Positions 1 through 9,057 of a stretch of DNA of 64,000 nt are shown in pieces. The stretch is taken from the NCBI GenBank assembly GCA_963722495.1, contig CAVRND010000008.1, positions 6,355 to 70,354 on the forward strand. The letters run 5' to 3'. A model generated the notes under the pieces. It worked only from the letters and a program-made list of their open reading frames with translations, made no database searches and was not told the origin of the DNA. The translations under genes were made by a program, and so were the position numbers. The DNA comes from an uncultured Alphaproteobacteria bacterium. Its GTDB lineage: Bacteria > Pseudomonadota > Alphaproteobacteria > Rhizobiales > Hyphomicrobiaceae. Each line of letters opens with the position of its first letter. The first letter of the stretch is position 1.

Positions 1-1055
1 CCGTATGCCTCGACGGACCTCGTAGCGGTGTTGCGCAGCTCGCCATACCGCTCCGCCGCGTCATTGATGATGCAGGCCATCTCGTCCGCTGCCTTGATGG
101 GATCGCGGAAATCGACAACACGACCGACGCCCGCGGCGGCGACGATCCGCTCGAAGCTCGGGATCCGGTTGACGATCGGCACGAGACCGGCAGAAAGGGC
201 CTCGACGAGCGCCAGGCCAAAACCTTCGTATTCGGAAGCACTGACGAAGAAGCTGCACTCCTTCAGCGTTTCGGCGATGGCGGCGTCGCTCAGATCCGTC
301 AGGACCTCGACCGAGCCGCGATGCAGAAGGTGCGCGTGTGTCAAGCGCAAGCGGGCGAGTGTGCCGTCCCAGTCGTTTCCGACTAGGCGCAAGCGCGCTT
401 TCGGAAGCCGCTCCGTCAAAGCCGCGAAGGTATCGAGCAGACGCTCCAGACCTTTATGAGAGGCGAAACGGCCAAGATAGACGAGCGAAGGGCTGAAATC
501 CGGCGACGCGGCGCCAGCGAATTTCGCAGTATCGACCCCGTTTTCGATCAGCTTCAGCCGCTCGCCCGCGATGGGTTTGAAGGTTTCCGCATCGGCAGCG
601 CTGCAGGCGAACACGCGCCGGTAGCGGGCGAGGGATCTGCGGGTCACCGTGCGGAAGTACACTTGCTTGAAGGAGCGCGCGAAATCCGTGTGAAAGAAAC
701 CGCCATGCGTCGAGAGCACGAGCGGCTTGCGATGGATCGGCGCCGACAGCGCCAGATAATCGCAGAAGAAGTCGACGCCGTGCACGTGGATGATGTCATA
801 AGGCTTGAGGTGCGCGAGGACGCTTGGCGCGATCGGATATTTTCGCGGCCCGTGAAAGCCGATGCGTTCCACTGGGATGCCGTCGACGAGGTCGCGCGGC
901 GCTAGCCGGGAACGCAGGTTGTGGAATTGCCGATTGAGCGTAAGCACGTCGGCCTCGATTCCTACGCGTCGCTGCTGGGCGCTCAACGAGCGCACTACGT
1001 CTTCAAGCCCCCCGACGACGGGATGAAACTGCCGTACGACATGCAACACGCGCAT
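1..1055 (-). CDS. Family 4 glycosyltransferase, GumH/AceA-like (3' end beyond window)
   Basis: Manual translation from ATG 1055 (RBS AGGGGAG): MRVLHVVRQFHPVVGGLEDVV...; C-terminal GT-B motif SEYEGFGLALVEALSAG. Absent from the ORF track because no stop falls in the window. Confidence 0.85.
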   Translation of the reverse strand, partial: MRVLHVVRQFHPVVGGLEDVVRSLSAQQRRVGIEADVLTLNRQFHNLRSRLAPRDLVDGIPVERIGFHGPRKYPIAPSVLAHLKPYDIIHVHGVDFFCDYLALSAPIHRKPLVLSTHGGFFHTDFARSFKQVYFRTVTRRSLARYRRVFACSAADAETFKPIAGERLKLIENGVDTAKFAGAASPDFSPSLVYLGRFASHKGLERLLDTFAALTERLPKARLRLVGNDWDGTLARLRLTHAHLLHRGSVEVLTDLSDAAIAETLKECSFFVSASEYEGFGLALVEALSAGLVPIVNRIPSFERIVAAAGVGRVVDFRDPIKAADEMACIINDAAERYGELRNTATRSVEAY

Positions 1056-1078
1056 CTGTGATCTCCCCTTTTTCGGCG

Positions 1079-2767
1079 TTAGGCGACTGTCCGCTTCGCG
1101 CCCGGTGCCTTGTTGATGATGACCCCCACGAGTTCGATCGGCGATGGCGTTCGATTTCAGAACCGCGCGCGTGGCTGCGGCTGTCGGGGTGCGACCCCAC
1201 TCCGCGACGAGAACCAGCGCATCGAAGAGATCGGCGGCGGCGCGCACGTCGGCATGGCCGAGGATATTTGGCAGATCGCAAACGACGCAGTCGTAGTGGC
1301 CGCGTGCCGAACTGATTAGATCGCGCATTGCGGGCGAGCCGAGCAGCACCGCGGGATGCACCGGCGTTTCGGTCGAAAGCTCGCCAATGAAATCGAAGCC
1401 CAATTCGCTTCGCGCTATAGAGTCAGAGAGCGTCGCGCTCCCTTCCAGCGGCGCCAGCAGCGTTCCGAGCGCCAGGCCGCGACCGAGCACGGGACGATGC
1501 AGATTGGCATCGATCAGCAGCACGCGCCTGCTGCTCTCGGCCTCGAGAACCGATAGGTTGAAAGCGACGGTCGACTTTCCCTCACCCTCGTAGGCAGACA
1601 CCACGCCGATCACGCAGCAGTCCGCGCGGCAAACCTCATCGACGGCAAGCTTGATGCCACGCAGAGCGTCGTCTCGATCATGCAGCAGCAGGGGCGGTGC
1701 GTGACCTTGGGCCGGATGAAGGCGGCGCCCGTGGACGAGGGGGACGACGCCGAGCGCCGGGAAACCGATGTCGCGCTCTATTTGCTCGAGCGAACGCACC
1801 GGGCGCGCCGCATGCTCACGGCGCAGGGCAAGGGCAAAGCCGATGAATCCCCCCGCGCAGGCGGCCAACAGCAGGACGACCGTTACCCTGGGAGTGCTCC
1901 ACCGCGACGGCGGCACGGCCTCGCTGATGATGCGCGCCTCCGTAAGCGGCGAGGCTCGCTCGTGAACGGTCTTTGCATAGCGCGCGAGCAGGGCGTCATA
2001 GATCGAGCGGTAGGTTTGCGCTTCGGATTCGAGTGCGCGCAACACGGCTTGCCCTCGGCGTCGGATATTTGTTTGCCGCCGTTCTTCTGACGCTCGACGG
2101 CGGCCGAAGCCGCGGCCAGCTTCTCTCGCAGCCGCAAGATTCTGGCTTCGAGCCGCTCACCCGTCTGCTCGACGCCGCGGGTCTGAATGCCGGACTGATA
2201 GGTTACGTATTCCGCGGCAAGTGCGTTGGCGGCCGCAGCTGCCGTTTGGGGGCTTGTCGAAGTGAAGGATACGTTGGCAACGAAGCTGTGACCGGATCGC
2301 GCAACGGTCGTCGCTTCCTTGAACCTGTTTAAGACCGTCTCGCGTCCGACGTCTTCCGTCGCGGCAGAGGCCTCGCGACTATTTCCGATGCCAAGGAGTT
2401 GCTCGAGCGGACGGCTGGTCGTTTGAGAGAGCTCGGCGTCGTTCCACAGGCCGAGCCTGTCGATGACCGATTGAGCAAGGCGGTCACTCTTGAGCGTTTC
2501 GATCTGGTTTTCGACGAGCGCGGAGTTCGCCGCAGCGCTGGAGCCGGAGCCAACTCCCAGAAGCAGCTCGACAGTCGCCGTGTAGTGCGGCCGTGTCAGG
2601 AGAACGCCGATCGTCGAAACCGCAACGCCGGCGGCGACCCACCAGAAAATCATCCCCTTGCGCCACTTCAGTGCTTCCCAAAATAGCAGTGGCAATTCAT
2701 CGACACCGTGCCTCGCGTTGCGACGCACAATTTTGCTCGTTCCTCGCATAATCGCCGGCTTCGACAT
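1079..2767 (-). CDS. Polysaccharide co-polymerase / BY-kinase (Wzc/ExoP/GumC-like), frameshifted at ~2052 and ~1133
   Basis: Wzz-type N-terminus (TM, YTATVELL, VENQIETLKS), then in the next frame EARIISEAVPP, a second TM, Walker A AYEGEGKST, VLLIDANL, and end LVGVIINK. Colinear with the paralog at 9058. Confidence 0.85.
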
Positions 2768-2776
2768 GCCGGCCCA

Positions 2777-2801
2777 AACGCAAGTTCCGGGACGTGGTTC
2801 C
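2777..2801 (-). promoter_or_regulatory. EcfG-type (general stress response sigma) promoter motif
   Basis: GGAAC-CACGTCCCGGAACTTG-CGTT on minus strand, upstream of the co-polymerase gene. Confidence 0.6.
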
Positions 2802-3018
2802 GGTAGTGCTGCACTGCGAAGAAAGCAGTGCTTACGTCAAACAATTGCTCAGGTTGTCGAGTCGCTTAGCTCGGTTCCGCGCTGCGGCAATACTACCCAG
2901 TCGCAAAGCCGGCGACCGTCGGAACTTTTGCCTCATGCTCATCCTTTTGACGTTCGATGCAGCGCAGCATCTGTGCGCCAGTTGCGACGTGTCGTCTTGC
3001 AAACGGGAGGAGTAATTC

Positions 3019-3738
3019 ATGCGGTTGAGCGTAGCTGAGCGTGCGATCCCCGCCGACCGTCAGCGGTTCCATAGGCCTGCACCGACTTCCAGTGCGGCGA
3101 TGGCCGACATCTTTGTTCCTCAGTCCGACCTGCTTCCCGCGCTCGCCGCCAAGCGCGCAATAGACGTCATAGGGTCTGCCAGTCTGTTGATCTTGGCGTC
3201 GCCGCTGCTCATCGGGACCGCGTTGGCGATCAAGGCGACGTCCGCTGGTCCGGTGCTGTTCCGCCAACAGCGTTACGGCTTGAATAATGAGCGCTTCACA
3301 ATTTTCAAGTTCCGCACCATGTTCGCCAACGACGGCGACAGCTCTGGTGTCAACCAGACGCGGACAGGCGATCCGCGGGTGACGAAGCTTGGCAGCTTCC
3401 TACGCCGCACAAACCTTGACGAGCTGCCCCAGCTCATCAACGTGTTGCGCGGCGACATGTCCCTCGTCGGACCGCGACCGCACGTGCCCGGGATGCTTGC
3501 TGGCGGCATGCTCTATGAGGTGCTGGTGCCGTCCTACTTCGCGCGTCATCGCGTACGCCCCGGCATGACGGGTCTGGCGCAGATCAACGAGCTGCGCGGC
3601 AGCACAAGAGAGGCCAAGTTCGCCAGGGCGCGCATCGCGTATGACCTCGCCTACATCGATCATTGGTCGCTCTTTTTGGATCTGCGCATCCTCTGGACCA
3701 CGCTCAAGACGGAGCTGCTGGGCGGCACCGGCAATTGA
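3019..3738 (+). CDS. Priming sugar transferase (polyprenyl-phosphate glycosylphosphotransferase)
   Basis: KRAIDV, FKFRTM, DPRVTKLGSFLRRTNLDELPQLINVLRGDMSLVGPRP, RPGMTGLAQ; RBS GGAGG. Confidence 0.93.
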   Translation: MRLSVAERAIPADRQRFHRPAPTSSAAMADIFVPQSDLLPALAAKRAIDVIGSASLLILASPLLIGTALAIKATSAGPVLFRQQRYGLNNERFTIFKFRTMFANDGDSSGVNQTRTGDPRVTKLGSFLRRTNLDELPQLINVLRGDMSLVGPRPHVPGMLAGGMLYEVLVPSYFARHRVRPGMTGLAQINELRGSTREAKFARARIAYDLAYIDHWSLFLDLRILWTTLKTELLGGTGN

Positions 3739-3789
3739 CCACCCAGACGTCCGAACAAGCTGCAAGCAAGCACGGGTGGGAGAGCGCAG

Positions 3790-4818
3790 ATGCACTATCG
3801 GTCGGTCGCCGATCTGAATGACGATATTGTTTCCGGATTGCACCTCATCCCCGCCGACGTCGAGCTTGTGGTCGGCGTTCCGAGGAGCGGGTTGCTCGCC
3901 GGGATGATCATGTCGCTCACCCTCAACGTCCCGGTGACGGACGTTGAGGGATTCCTAGCGGGACGCATCCTGTGCGCGGGCCGAACGCGGCGACGCGAGA
4001 TTTTCGAATCCGCTCCGTATCGCGCGCGACGCGTGCTCGTTGTAGACGACAGCGCCGACACGGGAAACTCCATGCGCGAGGCAAGGGAACGTCTCACGTC
4101 CGCTTTCCCCGACGTCCAATTCAGCTTTTGCGTCATCTATGCAACGACGCCGCGCTGCGCGGATGTCGATGTCGTATTCAAGGTGATCCCGCAGCCACGC
4201 GTATTCCAATGGAACGTCATGCATCACAACATGCTGGCGCGCTGTTGCGTGGATATCGACGGCGTCCTGTGTGCCGATCCGACCGAGCGCGAGAACGACG
4301 ACGGTGAGGAATACCTGCGCTTCCTGCTCAACGCCCCGGCAATGCACACGCCGACGCGGCGCATCGGCTGGCTGGTGACCAGCCGGCTGCTCAAGTATCG
4401 CGCTGAGACGGAAGCGTGGCTCCGAAAGCGCGGCATTGAGTACGGTGCGCTCGTCATGCTCGATCTGCCGAGCCGCGAGGCGCGGCAAAGATTGAGGTCG
4501 CACGCCGCGTTCAAGGCTGAGACTTACGCGAAGACGAACGGCGCTCTGCTGTTCATTGAGAGCGAGCGGGAGCAGGCGCGCGATATTTGCCGACTTGCCG
4601 GCAAACCTGTGCTCTCGCTCGGCTCGCAGGAGCTGTTCACGCCGGAGCCGCTCTCGAGTGCCGCGCTCGCGCAGCACCTGCGCACCCTGCCGACGCGCTA
4701 CAAGATGCTAAATCCGCCAGCGCGGCAGTTGGCCCGGAGGCTGATCGGCGGCGCCGTAAAATCGACGCTCAGCCCCAGGGTCTACGACGCGCTCAAGACG
4801 CTGAGCGGCCGCAGCTAG
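3790..4818 (+). CDS. Type I phosphoribosyltransferase + HAD-family phosphatase two-domain protein
   Basis: VVGVPRSG and PRPP-binding loop VLVVDDSADTGNSM; HAD motif I CVDIDGVLC, motif II LVTSR, candidate motif III Lys (AAFKA), acidic FIESE. Confidence 0.8.
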   Translation: MHYRSVADLNDDIVSGLHLIPADVELVVGVPRSGLLAGMIMSLTLNVPVTDVEGFLAGRILCAGRTRRREIFESAPYRARRVLVVDDSADTGNSMREARERLTSAFPDVQFSFCVIYATTPRCADVDVVFKVIPQPRVFQWNVMHHNMLARCCVDIDGVLCADPTERENDDGEEYLRFLLNAPAMHTPTRRIGWLVTSRLLKYRAETEAWLRKRGIEYGALVMLDLPSREARQRLRSHAAFKAETYAKTNGALLFIESEREQARDICRLAGKPVLSLGSQELFTPEPLSSAALAQHLRTLPTRYKMLNPPARQLARRLIGGAVKSTLSPRVYDALKTLSGRS

Positions 4819-4857
4819 CCGGAGTTCCGGCCAGGCCGCCAAGCGAGGACGCACGAC

Positions 4858-6334
4858 ATGGGCGTAATCCCTGATCCAGTCATCACCGGCACGCGGGGAG
4901 AGGCTGCGAAGAACGTCTTCTTCATGGGCGCCGCACAGGCCTGGCGGGTCGGTCTCGGTTTCGTCTTCACCGTGATCACGGCGCGGCTTTTGGCCCCGTC
5001 CGATTTCGGCCTCATCGCCATGGTTGCCACCGTGACGGCGCTCGTCACGCTGATCCAAGATCTCGGCGCCACGCAAGCCGTCATCCAGCGCGACAAGATC
5101 TCATCGGGCCAATTAAATTCCCTGTTCTGGCTTTCGGTGGTGCTGGGCGGCGTTCTTGCATTGCTGCTGGTTGCCAGTGCGCCGGCCATTGCCCGCTTCT
5201 TCGATGAGGCGCGACTGGAAAACCTGACCATCGCATTCGCTCTGCCGATCATTGCCGCAGGTCTACAAGCGATACCGTTCGCCCTCCTCAATCGCCACAT
5301 GCGCTTTCGCGAGCTGGCGCTCATCGACGCACTCTCGATGGCGGCCAGCTTCGTCATCGGTGTTGCGTTCGCTTGGCAGCTTGCCAGCTATTGGGCGCTT
5401 TACGCGGCGGCTTGCGCGCAAGCATTCGTGGCTCTTCTCGGCTGCTGGGTCGCCAGCGGCTTTATCCCAGGCAGACCGGAATTCGATCGAGAGACCCGCT
5501 CCACGATAGGGTTCGGATCGGGGATCTCCGGGTTCAACCTTGCGAACTATCTATCGCGCAATGCAGACAAGGTACTCATCGGAAAATTCTACGGCGACGG
5601 GCCGCTCGGTCTATACGACCGTGCCTATCGGCTGCTGCTTTTTCCACTCTCGCAACTTCACGCCCCCATTGGCCGCGTCATGATCCCGCTGCTGTCGCGC
5701 AGCCTTTCCGATCCCGATCGGTACAAGCGCGCCTACGCGGAATGCGTGTCACTCATTCTCATCGCGACGCAGCCTGCCATCCTCTTTGCCACGCTCTATG
5801 CCGAGGACGTATTCAGAATACTTCTGGGCGATAACTGGATCGAATCGGCCCCCATCTTCGCGTGGCTCGGAGTCGCGGGACTGCACCAAGTCATGACCTC
5901 GACGATCGGCTGGCTTTACATCAGCCAGGGCCGGGGTGGCGGATTCTTCCAGATCGGTCTCTTCGGAGCGGTGACGACCGTCGCGTCGTTTGTTGCCGGC
6001 ATGCCATGGGGACCCGTAGGCGTCGCCGCCGCCTACGCCATTTCCGACTACGTCATTCGCCTGCCGGTCATCTGGGCGTGCGCCGGAAGTCGTGGCCCCG
6101 TCACGGTGCGCGACCTATATGCAATGGCTGCACCGCATGCGCTGTCGACGGCGGCGGCCGCCGCGAGTTCTCTTTGCCCTCAAGCCGTTCGTCGAAACGC
6201 CCAATGCGCTGATCTGCGCCGGCTTGGTGGCCGTCAGCTATGCGGCCTACCTTGCCTTTCTCGTCCTGTTTCCGGACAAGCGCGCCTATCTCTTCCAGAA
6301 TGCGGAGTTCATACGGGCCCGCTTTGCCAGATAA
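4858..6334 (+). CDS. Wzx-type polysaccharide flippase (GumJ/WzxC-like), frameshift ~6165
   Basis: ARLLAPSDFGL, many TM segments, LGLYDRAYRL. The hydrophobic C-terminus continues in the 6092..6334 frame. Confidence 0.88.
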
Positions 6335-6342
6335 AGCTGGGC

Positions 6343-7320
6343 CTATGCAGCCGTGCGTGGTGCGCGAAGTGTTCGCCGCACACGCTGCATCAGCTCGAGC
6401 GAGTGCTCGACGCGGCGCCGATAGGTCAGATAGTCCGGCGAGGTTGCGCCGTGCCACAACATCAGGCCGACTTGGCGAGCCCGCCGCGGCTCGGTGCGCA
6501 ATGCGTATCGACACAGTTTCCTGAACGCTCTCTGTTTGCCCCGATTGTGGCAGACGTCGGCGAAGATCAGTGCCAGTCTGGCACGGTCACTATCGAGCAG
6601 CGGCGATTTGCGGATATGCGACTTCCAAATGTGTAGATGTCCGGACTGGCGCTTGCGTCCGTCGGTCGAAATGCAGTCACGTGTGCTGAGACGATAGAAT
6701 ACGTGTGCCGGCTTCGAGATGAGCACCTCGCCGGCGTCGGCCGCGCGGATCCATAGATCCCAGTCCTGACACGACTTGAGCTGCTCGTTGAAGCCGCCGA
6801 TGGCAAGGAACTTCTCGCGCCGAACGGTCATGCAGGAGCACGTGCCGAGGAAGTTTTCGGCATGCAGCGCGCGCGCCACGTCGCCGACGCGCTCCTTTTG
6901 CGTTGGCAAATTGCGCACTTGTCCATCGATGACGAGCACATGATTGGAGGCGATCGCGCTCACTCCCTCGCTGGTGCCGGCGATCAACGCGCGCTCGCTC
7001 TCGAGTTTCTGCGGGTGCCAGTAGTCGTCGCTGTCGAGGAAGGCTACCCACTCCGCTGTGGCGACTTTCGCCCCGCGATTTCGCGAGGCCGTGGCGCCGA
7101 GATTGCGGTCGTTGACCAGAATGCGAATGAGGGGGCTGCCGATAGCCATCACGCGGCGCACGGTGTCGTCGGTCGAGCCGTCATCGACGACGATAATCTC
7201 GCTGGCGGGTACCGTTTGCTCAATGACGCTGCTAATCGCTTGCTCAATCGTCTCTCCACGATTGTACGTCGGAACGATCACGGCAAAGTCGCCGGCGCTC
7301 GCTGCAACGGATCTCTGCAT
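6343..7320 (-). CDS. Family 2 glycosyltransferase
   Basis: VIVPTYNR, IIVVDDGSTD, SRNRG, FLDSDD, QDWDLW. Confidence 0.93.
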   Translation of the reverse strand: MQRSVAASAGDFAVIVPTYNRGETIEQAISSVIEQTVPASEIIVVDDGSTDDTVRRVMAIGSPLIRILVNDRNLGATASRNRGAKVATAEWVAFLDSDDYWHPQKLESERALIAGTSEGVSAIASNHVLVIDGQVRNLPTQKERVGDVARALHAENFLGTCSCMTVRREKFLAIGGFNEQLKSCQDWDLWIRAADAGEVLISKPAHVFYRLSTRDCISTDGRKRQSGHLHIWKSHIRKSPLLDSDRARLALIFADVCHNRGKQRAFRKLCRYALRTEPRRARQVGLMLWHGATSPDYLTYRRRVEHSLELMQRVRRTLRAPRTAA

Positions 7321-7366
7321 CTCGCATCACTCCTACATTGCGCGTTGGGATATTCGACGGCCGGCA

Positions 7367-8713
7367 TTAGGGAGCAGCCTTGTCCACCTTCTGTTCGCTG
7401 GCCGCGGCTGCCGCCGCACGCAAGTCCTCGCCTGTCACCATGCGCTTCTGCAGGGCGACCTCCACGACATCACCCGGCAGGAGCTCGTGCTCCTGGTCAG
7501 TGACGACCGGTTCGGCTTGCTTCCGGTAAATAGTGACCTCCGGCTCGGAGCCCTTGCCGCGCACCAGCTGCGAGCGAACAAGACCCGTGTAGACCAGCTT
7601 GTCGCCTACCGCCTGCAGCCGCGCGCGGGTCGTTGCCAGCTTCACGCCAGCGTCCTGCAGATCGAGCAGGACGCTCTTGCGACGCTCATCGGCGAGCTTG
7701 TCGAGCTTGGTGCGTAGCTCATCGCGGCCACGCTCGGCGCGCCCTTTCTCCACGATCGTCTGCAGATAGCGCGTTGACGAGAAGAGTATGGTCCGGCGTG
7801 CGTCTACGACGCGTGTAATCGGTAGGGTCTGCTTGTCGAACAGTCCCTTGATGCGCGAGAATTCCTCGACGTCCGAATCCACGCCCTCCTTTTCTCGCTG
7901 CTGCTGATCCCCCAGCACCGCAATGCGGTCCTCCTCCTTCTTGATGGCGTACTTCAGATATCCCTCGTCCTTGCGGTAAAGGGCGTTGCGGGCCGCGAGC
8001 TGCCGATCCTCGAGGTCAATGATCTGCGCGGCGATCGAAGCTGGAATTGGGGTCTCGCGAAGCGCCTTGCGGTCCAGAGTATCCGCGCTGTCCAGCTCGG
8101 CCTGGAGCCGCTGGATCACAGCCTGCTGCTGGGCAAACTGCGTCCACAGCGTATCGTAGTCGCCCCGCATGTCCGCCTCCTCGAGGAACGGATTCTCCAT
8201 GCGGAAATGCATGATGTCGTAACCGCCGGCGAGCGCAATCGCCTGACGTACAGTCATTCCAGGGCGGAACGGCTGCTCTCCGGGCTTTGACACGTCGCCG
8301 TTGACGTAGATCGGTCGATACTCGGCGATCGTCACGATCACCTCGTCGGGGCCAACCATGACTGGAATCTCGCGGCCGTCGGTGTTTCTCCGGCGGTAGA
8401 CCTTGGAGGCCAGTTGGTCTTGCAGCTTGGTGCGCAGTTGCGGCAACGTAAGGCCAGCCACCTTGAAGTCTCCCACGAGCGGCAAGGCGACGGCCCCGTC
8501 GAGTCGGATGGTGGCGCGTGTCTTGAGATCGGGGGTCGCCGCGGTGGCGAACTCGATGGTATCGCCCGGTGCAACGCGATACTCATCCGCGGTTGCAGGC
8601 GAGAGAACCACCGCCAAAAGGATGACCGTTGTCGCTGCGCACCTGATCGCCTTTATCCGCGGTGAGGGGGCCACCCTCGCCAGTCGCGGCACCCCGATAC
8701 GCGCTGTTGTCAT
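7367..8713 (-). CDS. Polysaccharide biosynthesis/export protein (Wza/ExoF-like) with coiled-coil
   Basis: Signal peptide, YRVAPGD, DGAVALPLVG, IYVNGDVSKPG, TVRQAIALAGG, C-terminal LLPGDVVEV. Confidence 0.9.
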   Translation of the reverse strand: MTTARIGVPRLARVAPSPRIKAIRCAATTVILLAVVLSPATADEYRVAPGDTIEFATAATPDLKTRATIRLDGAVALPLVGDFKVAGLTLPQLRTKLQDQLASKVYRRRNTDGREIPVMVGPDEVIVTIAEYRPIYVNGDVSKPGEQPFRPGMTVRQAIALAGGYDIMHFRMENPFLEEADMRGDYDTLWTQFAQQQAVIQRLQAELDSADTLDRKALRETPIPASIAAQIIDLEDRQLAARNALYRKDEGYLKYAIKKEEDRIAVLGDQQQREKEGVDSDVEEFSRIKGLFDKQTLPITRVVDARRTILFSSTRYLQTIVEKGRAERGRDELRTKLDKLADERRKSVLLDLQDAGVKLATTRARLQAVGDKLVYTGLVRSQLVRGKGSEPEVTIYRKQAEPVVTDQEHELLPGDVVEVALQKRMVTGEDLRAAAAAASEQKVDKAAP

Positions 8714-8855
8714 AGCCCCTCCTCACAAAATGCAGCGCTCTGATCTCCTGCGGTTGAATTCGGCGCTCAGGAACTTGGAGCGGCACGAGACGCCTACATC
8801 CCGCCCCTGTCCCGCCATTCGAAGCGGCCGGAATATCGCACTGCACACACGCGCT

Positions 8856-8880
8856 AACGCGCGCGGCGTCGCTGCGTTCC
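8856..8880 (-). promoter_or_regulatory. EcfG-type promoter motif
   Basis: GGAAC-GCAGCGACGCCGCGCG-CGTT upstream of the wza-like gene. Confidence 0.65.
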
Positions 8881-8914
8881 AAGCTTGGTTCCAATGAGTT
8901 AGATCGCCGCAGCG

Positions 8915-8939
8915 GGAACACAGCCGCACTCTGCGAGTT
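8915..8939 (+). promoter_or_regulatory. EcfG-type promoter motif
   Basis: GGAAC-ACAGCCGCACTCTGCG-AGTT upstream of the second co-polymerase. Confidence 0.6.
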
Positions 8940-9057
8940 CCGCAGGTTGCGGTGCAGCAGAGTTGGCTCGCGCGGGCATTGGTCGTCGGCCAGGGCCCGC
9001 GCGTGAGGTGCTTGCTCGGCGCGGTCCGGTCCCTGTCACAGGCTCTTTGGGGGTGCC

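Noticed and set aside
1-2050. Apparent in-frame fusion of the BY-kinase domain to the GumH-like glycosyltransferase
   Set aside because: Removing one base at ~1133 restores LVGVIINK (matching the paralog's LLGVAVNK) and a stop at 1079; the GT has its own RBS and ATG. Probably an indel artefact.
2921-2954. GGAAC upstream of the priming transferase as an EcfG promoter
   Set aside because: The next CGTT is 25 nt away, so the spacing is wrong.
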